NCBI GenBank assembly: GCA_963847445.1
Contig: CAWJZV010000028.1
Span: forward strand, 60,973-124,972
Direction of reading: 5' to 3'
DNA length: 64,000 nucleotides
Source: an uncultured delta proteobacterium
GTDB taxonomy: Bacteria > Desulfobacterota > Binatia > UBA9968
A model generated the notes under the pieces. The model did not search any database. It saw nothing but the letters and a program-made list of their open reading frames with translations, and was not told where the DNA came from. Shown piece after piece: positions 20,448 through 30,706 of this stretch. Position 1 is the first letter of the stretch. Each line of letters begins with the position of its first letter. The translations under genes and the position numbers were made by a program.

Positions 20448-21705
20448 GGTTCACAACTGGCAGATCGGCCGGGAGATGAATTATCCTTATCCGCAGGCAT
20501 TCCCGCGCCGCCAATTCGCCTTCGTCTTCAACATCAACCGCTGCATCGCCTGCCAGAGCTGCACCATGGCGTGCAAGTCGACTTGGACTTTCAGCAAGGG
20601 CCAAGAGCATATGTGGTGGGCCAACGTCGAGACCAAACCCTACGGCGGCTATCCGCAGTTCTGGGACGCCAAGATTCTCGACCTGATGGAGAAAGCCAAT
20701 CCCGGCAATCAGCAATGGTCGGGCAAACCTTCCGCCGATAAGCAGAAACCCTACGGCCAGTTCGACGGCATGACGATCTTCGAAGCGCAAAACATGCTGA
20801 CGCCGGACAGCGCGCGTGTACTCGGCTATCTGCCGACGGATGAAGAATGGAATTCGCCGAACATTTTCGAGGACAATCCGGTTGGAAAAAAAGGCGTGCG
20901 CAATGAACTGGATAAAGAAGGCACCGCGCTGCCGGAACACAAGACCTGGTTCTTTTATCTGGCGCGTATCTGCAACCATTGCAGCTATCCCGCTTGTCTA
21001 GCCGCCTGCCCGCGCAAGGCGATCTATAAACGGCCGGAAGACGGCATCGTTTTAATCGACCAAAAAGAATGCCGCGGCTATCGCAAATGCGTTGAAGCCT
21101 GCCCGTACAAGAAATCAATGTACCGCGGCAACACCCGGGTGTCGGAAAAGTGCGTCGGCTGTTATCCGCGTGTCGAAGGCAAAGATCCCGAAAGCGACGG
21201 ACAGCCGATGGAAACCCGCTGCATGGCCGCCTGCATCGGCCAGATCCGCATGCAGGGGCTAGTGAAGATGAACAACGACGGCAGTTGGGCCGAGGACCGC
21301 TACAATCCGCTTTATTACATGGTCCACGTCGCAAAAGTCGCCCTGCCGCTCTATCCACAGTTCGGCACCGAACCCAACGGCTATTACATCCCGCCGCGCT
21401 GGGTGCCGCGCGATTATCTGAAACAAATGTTCGGCCCCGGCGTCGATGACGCCATCGAGCGCTACAGTTATCCGGACCGCGAACTCTTGGCGGTGCTACA
21501 ACTTTTCCGCCGCTCGAACCGGATCATCTTCCGCTACGAAATCAAAGAAGGGCCGCAGATTTACGAAGCGACCCTGCGCGGAAGAAAAATCACCATGTAT
21601 AACGACACCGTGATCGCCTACGGCCAGAACGGTAAAGAAATTTTTCGCACCCAGGTCGAAGAACCGGTGCATGTGCGGCCCAACAAACATGCGAACTCGA
21701 TATGA
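20440..21705 (+). CDS. nxrB: NXR/NAR beta subunit (Fe-S), anammox/Nitrospira type
   Basis: VHNWQIGR, FNINRCIACQSCTMACKSTW, CNHCSYPACLAACP, CRGYRKCVEACP, KCVGCYPR and LYPQFGTEPN. Confidence 0.93.
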   Translation: MTKVHNWQIGREMNYPYPQAFPRRQFAFVFNINRCIACQSCTMACKSTWTFSKGQEHMWWANVETKPYGGYPQFWDAKILDLMEKANPGNQQWSGKPSADKQKPYGQFDGMTIFEAQNMLTPDSARVLGYLPTDEEWNSPNIFEDNPVGKKGVRNELDKEGTALPEHKTWFFYLARICNHCSYPACLAACPRKAIYKRPEDGIVLIDQKECRGYRKCVEACPYKKSMYRGNTRVSEKCVGCYPRVEGKDPESDGQPMETRCMAACIGQIRMQGLVKMNNDGSWAEDRYNPLYYMVHVAKVALPLYPQFGTEPNGYYIPPRWVPRDYLKQMFGPGVDDAIERYSYPDRELLAVLQLFRRSNRIIFRYEIKEGPQIYEATLRGRKITMYNDTVIAYGQNGKEIFRTQVEEPVHVRPNKHANSI

Positions 21706-21870
21706 TTCAAAGGTGTTCAAACCGTTCCAATCGTTCAAGCCGTTCAACCCCCTCCTCAGTCCTCCCCCGCGTTCGCGGGGGAGGAAGGGAATCGGAGGTT
21801 CAAACGATTGAAACCTCCGAAACGGTTTGAACGGAGCGAAGCGATTGAACGGTTTGAGCGGTTTTAACGA
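21705..21870. repeat. Composite palindromic repeat
   Basis: Near-identical to 19826..19987. Confidence 0.9.
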
Positions 21871-21890
21871 TTCGGCAGGTGAGGTAGCCA

Positions 21891-22698
21891 ATGAACACCA
21901 ACTAAGTCCAATGTCCATCAAGAGAGTAACGATCTCGATGCTACCTTTTGCCGAGCCGCACTTTACAGCGCGCTGGCGATTGGCTTCCAGGCGCCGACGG
22001 TGGAAAATCTCGCCCGCTTGCTCACGACGGAAAGCCGCGCCGCGCTCATCGGCGCGGCCAGTCTGCTCTATCCGTCCGGCGAGCCTGATCTGATTTCCGT
22101 AATCGAGACGTTCCCCAATTTTAATGAGGCGTATTTGACGGACGTCGCCTCACGCCACCGCGAGCTGTTCGGTCACACCGTGCGCGGACCGATTCCGCCT
22201 TACGAGACCGAGTACGGCAACGAAGCGTTGTTTCAGCTACCCCATGAATTGGGCGACTTGATGGGATTCTACAACGCCTTCGGCCTGATATTGAAGCCGG
22301 GCCAGCGCGAGCGCGCTGATCACATCAGCTGCGAATGCGAGTTCTTGATGTTTCTCGCGCTCAAAGAAAGTTATGCATTGGAGCATGAAGACCGAGAAAT
22401 GTTGGCGGAAACCCAGAAGGCGGAAAGATTATTTCTGCGCGACCACCTCGGCCGATTCCTGCCAACCTTTGTCTCCAAGCTTAGGCGCCATGAAGACTCC
22501 GGCTTCTATGGATTGCTCGGCGATCTTTGCCTGCGTTTGGTTACGGCGGAATGCAGCCGATTACAGGTTCCATCCGGCGCCGCCAATCTCGATCTTCGAC
22601 CGGCCGATGACGACCGCGTGCCGATGGCCTGCGGCAGCGGCACCGACTGTGGCGCGATGCCCGGTGCCTGCGTGCCGGAGGAAGCCGATTCGGTATGA
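21891..22698 (+). CDS. TorD/DmsD/NarJ family molybdoenzyme chaperone (indel near start)
   Basis: PPYETEY, GFYNAFG, ERADHISCECEF and FLRDHLGRF; GAGG RBS before ATG 21891. Confidence 0.88.
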
Positions 22699-23675
22699 AC
22701 CAAGCTCTGAACCTCGTTTACGGGCCGCGCTTGATCGAAGAAGCGGTGTTTCTCGCCCAGCACGACAGCGATATTTCCGCGGAGCTCCAAGAACGGCGCA
22801 ATCGTATTTACGAAATCGCCGACGCCGACGAGCGCGACCGGCGGTTTAACGAACTCAACCGGGCTTGCTTCGATCGCCTTGGTTTAGGCAAGGTCATCGG
22901 CCAGAGCTTGCAAGAACAACCCCTCATCGGTGCCCACGTCGAGCGCGGCTTCGTGGTCGGCGCGACCCAGGCCAAAGAAGAGGGCGCCGAGCTGTTCGTC
23001 GCGCCGGATGAAATAAACAATGGCCACGGCCACCGCACGCTGCGACTGCTCCTCCGCCCCGAATCGCTGCTTAATGAAGATGGGTTGCGCCCCTTCTTAC
23101 GCCATGAATTGTTCCATATCAGCGATATGCTCGATCCGACATTCGACTACGAACCAACCCTGCCGAAGGCCGAGGGCGGGCCGACCTACGATACCCTGAT
23201 TACGAGTCGCTATCGTGTGCTCTGGGATGTGACGATCGCCGGCCGCATGGTGCGGCGCGGCTGGTGCGCCGCCACCGTTCGCGATCAAGAGTTCAAAGAC
23301 TTCCGCCAAGCCTTTCCAATGTTGAACGGCGAGTCTGATGAGTTTTTCAAGCGCTTCTTTGATGCCGCGGCACCGCGCCATAATGAACTTGCCGCCTTCG
23401 CCTTCGACCCGAGGGCGGCCACGGACAGTGTCTCAAACCAAGCGGTCGCGGGAACCCACTGTTCCTTATGTCGCTTTCCCACGCACGCTTTTGAAACCGC
23501 GCCTGCGAATCTCGGCGCTGAAGTTTTAGCAGCGATCAAAGCAGATTTTCCCGACTGGACTCCGGCAAGGGGACTCTGTGTTCAATGCGCCGATCTCTAC
23601 CGTGGCCGTCAACTGTCGATGGCGGCGGCAACTTCTGCCCGGATAGTACCTGGTCAACGCACCAGTCGCTCATAG
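22695..23675 (+). CDS. Hypothetical protein with HEXXH motif and C-terminal CxxC...CxxC
   Basis: LRHELFHISD, CSLCRFP and CVQCADLY; ATGA-coupled to the chaperone. Confidence 0.75.
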   Translation: MNQALNLVYGPRLIEEAVFLAQHDSDISAELQERRNRIYEIADADERDRRFNELNRACFDRLGLGKVIGQSLQEQPLIGAHVERGFVVGATQAKEEGAELFVAPDEINNGHGHRTLRLLLRPESLLNEDGLRPFLRHELFHISDMLDPTFDYEPTLPKAEGGPTYDTLITSRYRVLWDVTIAGRMVRRGWCAATVRDQEFKDFRQAFPMLNGESDEFFKRFFDAAAPRHNELAAFAFDPRAATDSVSNQAVAGTHCSLCRFPTHAFETAPANLGAEVLAAIKADFPDWTPARGLCVQCADLYRGRQLSMAAATSARIVPGQRTSRS

Positions 23676-23737
23676 ATACAATTTTACCGCGGGAGTTCAC
23701 AAAATCGCAGTCCAAGAACCGAAGGGATCGATTCACC

Positions 23738-24830
23738 ATGCGAAACTTCGATGAGCTATTAAAGAGTCTTCGGCCATCCACGGCCACCAGTGCGCCGGGC
23801 AAATCTTGGGCGTCCGCATGGCGATGCTGGGATGCCGCGAAGTCGCCATCGACGAGCCGCGCGGCTGCAAGAAGCTGATCGTTTACGCCGAGATCGACCG
23901 CTGCGCCACCGATGCCGTGCAGGCGGTCACCGGCTGCTCGCTCGGCAAACGGACCTTAAAATTTCTCGACTACGGCAAGATGGCGGTGACCTTCCTCAAC
24001 ACCGAGACCGGGCGAGCGGTGCGAGTGTTGGCGAAAGACGACGCGCGCAAGCTGGTGCCGCTGTATGTCCAAGACAGCGCCAATTCGCGCGACGCACAAA
24101 AACAAGCCTATCGAATCATGCCCGAAGAAGCGCTTTTCGCCGTTAAACCGGTAACGATCGAAGTTCCCCCTCAAGAGATGCCCGGCTATCGCGGCAAACG
24201 GGTGGAGTGCGCCGAGTGTGGCGAGGGCATAAATTTCAATCGCGAAGTCGAGCGCGGCGGCCGTATGCTCTGTATCCCTGCTCACAGGAACAACTGCGCT
24301 CGAACGGTCACGCCAGTGGAGCAAAAACAGCCAACCCTAAAGTCCTATTGATTGTCGGCTCCAAGAAAGTCGGCAAAACAACTTTGATCGAGAGACTGAT
24401 CCCCGAGCTCTCTCGGCGCGGCTATCGAGTCGGCACGGTGAAGCATCATCACTCGGATTTCCCTATTTCAGTCGATACCGCGGGCACCGACAGCTGGAGA
24501 CACCGTCAAGCCGGCGCCACCGGTGTCGCACTGGTGACGCCGACCGACATCGCGCTGTTCCGCAACGGCGAAGATTCGCTTTCTCTCGATGACATCGTCG
24601 CCGGCTTGGGCGCAACCGATATTGTCTTAGTCGAAGGATTTCACAACGAACCGCGAGTCAAAATCGAAGTGCGCTCGGCTCGCAGCGATGCGGCGTTGTG
24701 CGAGAAGGACAAGAACCTGCTTGCGGTTGTGGCGCCAGAGGCACACCCCGCTTCGGTGCCGAGCTTTGTGCCCGAAGACATCCAGCCCATCGCCGATTTC
24801 ATCGAACGCGAGATTTTGGCGCGAACCTAA
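23738..24830 (+). CDS. mobB: FmdE-family zinc protein fused to MobB (two single-base indels)
   Basis: HGHQCAGQILGVRM, EIDRCATDA, TGCSLGKRTL and CAECGE, then GSKKVGKTT, KHHH, DTAGTDSWRH and LVEGF. Confidence 0.8.
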
Positions 24831-24861
24831 AGACCGGGGCATCGACGCGAGGTCAAATCCC

Positions 24862-25368
24862 CTAACCCGCCTTGCGCTTGCCAGCGGTTCGCCGCTTTTC
24901 GCGTAGTTTTCGCCGCAGGAACTCCAGGATGCCGATGTGTTTGTGTGAGTCGTGAACCATCGTCGTGTAGAGCAACGCAAACACGTCACGATAGAGCCCC
25001 TGGCTCTCTTTTTTCAGCCGTTCGTATTCTTTAATCCCCTTGCGCTCGGCCTCAAGAAAGCGCTCAACGGATGCCAGCAGCTGTGCGCGCTTCTCACCCT
25101 TTTCATCAACTCGCCGGGCCATCCCTTCGGCGCGCGTCCACGCCAACTCATCCTTGAGTTTCGTTATCATTCGGCGCGTCAGCTCGTGATGACGCTGTTC
25201 GTCGGCGACGATCAGACCGAGGAGAAAGCGGATCAGTGGATCGCTCGACTCCTTGGCGATCACTTGATAATCGGTCAGCCACTGCTCCTCATGAGTCGCA
25301 TGGGTTTGGAATTCGTTCATCAAACGCTGCACGGAGGAGAATTCCGGTGACTCAGGGACTCCCCACAT
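24862..25368 (-). CDS. Ferritin-like four-helix protein
   Basis: Repeated E...DExxH pattern (DEQRHH, DSHKH); start MWGVP. Confidence 0.6.
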   Translation of the reverse strand: MWGVPESPEFSSVQRLMNEFQTHATHEEQWLTDYQVIAKESSDPLIRFLLGLIVADEQRHHELTRRMITKLKDELAWTRAEGMARRVDEKGEKRAQLLASVERFLEAERKGIKEYERLKKESQGLYRDVFALLYTTMVHDSHKHIGILEFLRRKLREKRRTAGKRKAG

Positions 25369-25480
25369 CGCGTCTTCCGCCCAGTAATTGGCAATCGCTT
25401 TAATCGCTGATCGATCGTGGGCTTCGCGCCATGGCGCTTCTCCTTTGGTCAGCCAGTCCTGTGTTGACACAGTTGAAATG

Positions 25481-25496
25481 AGCAAGGCGTATGCCA
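25481..25496 (-). promoter_or_regulatory. Putative sigma-54 promoter
   Basis: Minus strand TGGCATACGCCTTGCT. Confidence 0.7.
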
Positions 25497-25615
25497 TGAG
25501 CTATGCGATGGAAAGCCGTGCATTTTTTTCTGATTGCTGAGAATCAACTGTCACGGAGCTTTCCGATTGTTGGGAAGATTCTCAGTGAGATCCGCCGTTA
25601 TCCCTTGGAAAATCC

Positions 25616-25631
25616 TGGCATTACGATTGCG
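25616..25631 (+). promoter_or_regulatory. Putative sigma-54 promoter of the bcr operon
   Basis: TGGCATTACGATTGCG, ~40 nt before bcrC. Confidence 0.72.
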
Positions 25632-25669
25632 TTGTTCCTATTATCAGAACCATGAAATCGGGGTGGTCA

Positions 25670-26828
25670 ATGACAACTGTCGAGAATATCGTTTCTCGCT
25701 ATCGCGAGCCGCTGGAGAACTCTCCTCTCGATCTCGTCCAAGATTGGAAACGGGCCCACCCTGAAGCAAAGATCGTCGGCTGCTATCCGGTCTACACTCC
25801 CGTCGAACTCATCCATGCCGCTGGAATGCTCCCGGTCGGCGTCATTGGCGCGGGCAACCGGTTGGAGATCGCCCACGCAGATTCGCGTTTTCAGTCTTTC
25901 GTCTGCTCGATTGTTAAGAGCACGCTAGAGCTGGGGCTCACCGATAAACTAAAATTTCTCGACGGCATCGTCTTCCACTCGATCTGCGACCCGGCGCGCA
26001 ATCTCGGCAGCGTCTTCAAACGCAACTTTCCCGATCTCATGGTGGAGTACATTCACTTTCCGCAGAACATGACTTCGCCCCATACCATCGATTATTTGAT
26101 CGCCGAGTACAAAAGAATCAACGTCAGCTATGAGCAACTATCCGGAAGAAAAATTACCGACCAAGCGCTGCGAGAAAGTATCGCGCTCTACAATGCTCAG
26201 CGGCGCTTAATCCGGCAACTCTACGCCATCCGCCGAGAAACGCCGCAGAATCTTTCGACGGTTGAGTGTTACGTCCTGACGCGTATCGGTACGCTGCTGC
26301 CGCCGGAGGAACATATCGCGATCCTTGAAGAGGCGATCCCACAGCTACGCCAACGCAACGAAAAGCCCAAGGACCGGATTAGAGTCGTCCTCGAAGGCTC
26401 GTTCTGCGAGCAGCCGCCCATTGAGCTGCTCGACGGACTGGAGGCGGCGGGTTGTTATATCCTGGACGACGATTTCCTCATCGGCTGGCGCTGGTTTTCC
26501 GACGATATTCCCACCGAAGGCGATCCCCTGCGCAACATCGCTAACGCCTATTTCAACCGCAGTGTTTATTCCGGCGTGAAGCACGACACCCGCGAGCCGA
26601 AAGCGAAACATCTGATCGACAAATACAAAGACAGCCGGCGCCGCCGCGGTGTTGATCCTCGCCGCCAAATTCTGCGAGCCGGCGCTATTCGACTACGCGC
26701 TCTATAAACGGGCACTGGAGAAAGAGGGTATTCCACACCTCTGCCTCGAGTTCGAGGAAAAGATGTGGATCTTCGATAAGGCGCGCACGGAAGTGGAAAC
26801 GTTTGTCGAGTCAATGCTCTTCGATTAG
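25670..26828 (+). CDS. bcrC: Class I benzoyl-CoA reductase subunit C (BcrC/BadD-like; frameshift ~26630)
   Basis: PVELIHAAGMLPVG, SICD..RNL, PQN, GSFCEQPP and KFCEPA...FEE motifs. Confidence 0.85.
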
Positions 26829-26837
26829 GAGAATTTT

Positions 26838-28143
26838 ATGGCGCAAACAGCGGTAGCCGAAAAAACTCAGTACCAGGGTCAGATGCATCTGCTGCAGAAA
26901 GAGCTGATGGGGCGCTACTTCGAGCGCGTCACCCGGGCCGCGGAACAGGGCGAGGGCAAAGCCGTCTACATGTTGATCAGCGGCAACCCGGTGGAGCTGA
27001 TCCAGGCATTCGACTCTGATCCCGGTCTATCCGGAGATCGACGCCCTGCAGCTGGCGGCGAAGAAAAGCGCCCTGCCCTTTATCTTGAAGGCCGAGGAGT
27101 TGGGCTACTCGATGGACAACTGCGCCTACGTGAAAGCCGATGTCGGCCTGTTTCTCGGCGACCGCAAAACCCCGTTCGCAACCATCCCACTGCCCTCGCT
27201 GATTCTCTGCAACTACGTCGGCTGCAATGTCTACTTGCAGTGGTTCGAGCACCTGGCCGAATACTGCGATGGCCAACTCTACAACCTCGACATTCCGTTC
27301 TTGCGCGACCCGTCCGGCGTGCCGAGCCCGGAGGACGTTACTTATGTCGTGCGCCAACTCGAAGAAGTGATCGAAGATCTGCGAACGGCTGACCGGGAAG
27401 AAAGCTCGACTACGCACGGCTCAAACAAATCGTCAGCCGCTCGAGTGAAACCGGCGAGATGTGGTCGCGGATCAAGGCGCTGACCAGGAATCTGCCTTCT
27501 CCCTTCGACGCCTACTTCGACTCGGTGACCATGATGGCGCCGCTCTACTGCCTGCGGGGAACCGAAGAAGGCGTGCGCTTTTTCGAGACCGCCCTCAAAG
27601 AGATGGAGGAGAAAGTGCGCCTGGGCCAGGGGCCGTTACCCCAGGAGCGCTTCCGCTTCGTCATCGAAGGACCGCCGCCTTGGGGCCATCTGCGAACCTT
27701 TAGAGATATGTTTTCCAAATGGGGCGCGGTGGCAGTGGCTTCGACTTACTCCACCGTCGGCGGCCTGTGGGAATTCGGTTTCAGGCATGACTGCCAATCA
27801 CCCGTTGGAATCCATCGCCCAGCATATGCTCCAGTGGAACGTCACCAACCGCAACTTCCTGCAGCGCTACCAGCAGATCCGCCGCTATGTCGAAGAGTGG
27901 CATGCCGACGCTCTGGTGATTCATTCGGTGAAAAGCTGCCGGCTGTTTTCCGCGGGACAGGGCGACATGCGCGAATATTTCACCAAAGAGTTGAACGTTC
28001 CCACTCTATTGATCGAATCGGATTTCGAAGATCCGCGCTATTTTTCCGAAGCCCAGCTCAGGAACCGCATCGACGCATTTTTCGAATCCTTGGAACACAA
28101 GAAAATGGTCCGTGCCGGAGCGGAAGCGGGAGGGGCAGCATGA
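26838..28143 (+). CDS. bcrB: Class I benzoyl-CoA reductase subunit B (BcrB/BadE-like; several frameshifts)
   Basis: [47 protein letters not shown] and DPRYFS. Confidence 0.88.
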
Positions 28144-28980
28144 TTTACGCCGCAGGCATTGACGTTGGCTCGACTCAGACTAAAGGGATTATCCTCAACG
28201 ACAAGTTCGAGATCGTCGCCCGAGCCTTGACCGACACCGGCGCCTACGTCACCAGGGCCGCGGAACGATGCTTCGTCGAAGCGCTGCAAATCGCCGGCGT
28301 CAAGCGCGAAGATGTCGCCTACGTCGTCGGCACCGGTTACGGCCGATACAAGGTCACCTTCGGCGACGCCCAGATTACCGAGATCAGCTGCCATGCGCGC
28401 GGCGCCAGCTACCTCTTTCCCAACACCCGCACGGTGATCGACATGGGCGGCCAGGATGCCAAGGGCATCAAGATCGGCATCGATGGCGACGTCAAAGACT
28501 TCGTCATGAATGACAAATGCGCCGCCGGCACGGGAAGATTTCTCGGCAGCGCCGCCGACGCTCTGGGCATGCGCCTTGGACGACATCGGCGACATCTCGC
28601 TCAAGGCGAAAAATCCGGTGCGGCTCACCACCGTGTGCACGGTGTTCGTCGAGTCGGACATCATGTCCTACCTGGCCCAGGGCAAGAAGACCGAAGATAT
28701 CCTCGGCGGCGTGCACAGCGCCATCGCCGCGCGGACGATTTCGCTGATTCGTCGCGTCGGCATCGAGCCGGAAGTCACTTTCACCGGCGGGGTTTCGAAA
28801 AATATCGGCATGGTGCGCGCGCTCGAAGAAAAACTCGGCATGAAACTCAACGTCAGCCCGGATTCCCACTTCGTCGGCGCCCTCGGCGCGAGCATCTTCG
28901 CCCTCGAACGCGCCGCCAAGGCAACCGGCGAAAGGCAGCAAGCAACCGGAATCGACGGCCGGGCCTACTGTCTAACTTAA
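28140..28980 (+). CDS. BCR ATPase (ASKHA activase) subunit 1 (frameshift ~28570)
   Basis: [42 protein letters not shown] and CTVFVES. Confidence 0.9.
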
Positions 28981-28989
28981 GGAGGCATC

Positions 28990-29827
28990 ATGACGTTTGT
29001 CGCTGGCATCGACATGGGCGCTAAATCGACCAAGGCGGTGGTCTTGGATGGGGAGAAGCAAATTTGTGGCAAGGCCGCGATAAAAACCCGTCCGGATTTC
29101 GCCGCGGTCGCCAAGGAGGTGCTGAACCTAGCGCTTGCACAGGCCGGGCTCAAAGAGAGCGATCTAAATTACATCGCCACCACCGGCTTCGGCCGCTACA
29201 ACGTGCCCTTCCGCGACGTTCAGATCACCGATATCACCTGCGTCGGGCGCGGCGCGGTTTTTCTCTTTCCCAAGACCCGCTGCGTGCTCGACATCGGCGC
29301 GCAGAGCACGCGGGCGCTGCGGGTCAGCGACACCGGCAAGGTGCGTGAGTTCCGCACCAACGACAAGTGCGCCGCCGGCGCCGGCGGCTTCATCGAACGC
29401 GCTTGCAAATATCTCGAGGTCAATATCGATCAGGTCGGCGATCTTTCCATTCAAGCGAATAAGCCGCAGACCATCAGCAGCGTCTGCGCCGTCTTGGCCG
29501 AATCCGAGATTATCAATCACGTCTCCAACGGCGAGACCATCGAAAATATTCTGCGCGGCGTCCACAACTCACTCGCCTCCCGCGCCCTAGCATTGCTCAA
29601 GCGCTCGGGCATGGAAGACGAGGTCACGTTCGTCGGCGGCGTGGCGCGGCAAAAAGGCATGGTCAAGGCGCTGGAGGAAACACTCAAAAGAAAAGTCAAC
29701 GTCAGCGACGGAGCCCGAACTGGTCGGCGCGTTGGGCGCCGCCCTGCTGGCGCTGCGGCGTCTTGAGAAGATTCGGGAAGACAAGAAATCAGCCGTGGTC
29801 GGAGAGGAGGCAAGAGCAGCGTTATGA
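28990..29827 (+). CDS. BCR ATPase (ASKHA activase) subunit 2 (frameshift ~29710)
   Basis: [30 protein letters not shown] and CAVLAESE. Confidence 0.9.
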
Positions 29828-30586
29828 AGCTACAAGGAAAAACCGCTCTGATAGCAGGAGGCGGAGGAGGAATCGGCCGCGCCGTCGCGCTTGCCTTGGC
29901 ACATGAAGGCGCAAAGACCGCGATCGCGGATATCGTCAAAGACAATGCTGAGAAAGTCAGCGGCGAGGTGAAGGCGGCCGGCGTGGACGCGATGGCCTGC
30001 CAGGTGGATCTGACCAAGAAGGCCGACGTCGACCGCATGGTCGGCGAAATCATCGAGCGCTTCGGACAGATCGATATTTTAGTCAACTGCCAGGGCTGGG
30101 ATCGGCTCGAACCTTTCGTCGAAAGCAACGAGGAGACCTGGGAGAAACTCTTGGCGATCAATTTCAAATCGGTGCTCTACACGGCGCACGCCGTGCTTGC
30201 CGAACATGATCTCCCACGGCTTCGGCAAGATCGTCAACATCAGCTCCGACGCCGGCCGCGTCGGCTCCAGTTGGGAAGCGGTCTATGCCGGCGCCAAAGG
30301 CGCAGTGATCGCGTTCTCGAAAACCATCGCCCGCGAAGTGGCGCGCTACAAGATCAACGTCAATGTCGTCTGTCCCGGTCTGACGGAAACGCCGCTGCTG
30401 CAAGCCGTGCGCAGCCAATCGGAACAGACCGCGAAGATCATCGACGCGGTGACCAAAGCGACACCATTCCGCCGACCGGCGCAGCCGGAAGAGATCGCCG
30501 AAGCGGTGCTGTTCTTAACTTCGCCGCAGGCAAGTTTTATCACCGGGCAAACACTCAGCGTCAGCGGCGGATTAACGATGGTGTAA
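29824..30586 (+). CDS. SDR dehydrogenase, BadH-like (frameshift ~30200)
   Basis: GGGGGIG, GWDR..PF, SSDAGRVGS, YAGAK, VCPGLTETP and TGQTLSVSGGLTM. Confidence 0.85.
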
Positions 30587-30706
30587 GGAAGTGACAGAGA
30601 TAGAGACAGAGATAGAGAAGGGGCAGAGCGGTCTCTGTCTCAATTCTCAATCCACCCAGCGAAATTGAAGACGCGGAACGAGGCAGGCACACAAGAGGAA
30701 CTGAGA

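Noticed and set aside
16234-21870. CRISPR array from the GTTCAA repeats
   Set aside because: Units are ~9 bp, degenerate and inverted, with no unique spacers and no cas genes.
19497-21921. Minus-strand ORFs sharing FKPFNR..PFKPF peptides as a protein family
   Set aside because: They are antisense translations of the repeat and overlap well-supported genes.
27459-29024. BcrB-activase fusion (521-aa ORF)
   Set aside because: Joined by out-of-frame nonsense segments; separate stop and start exist at 28140-28143.
25670-29827. Plain 2-hydroxyacyl-CoA dehydratase system
   Set aside because: Two distinct activases, BcrB/BcrC-like motifs and bad-like neighbours favour BCR, though a tree is needed.
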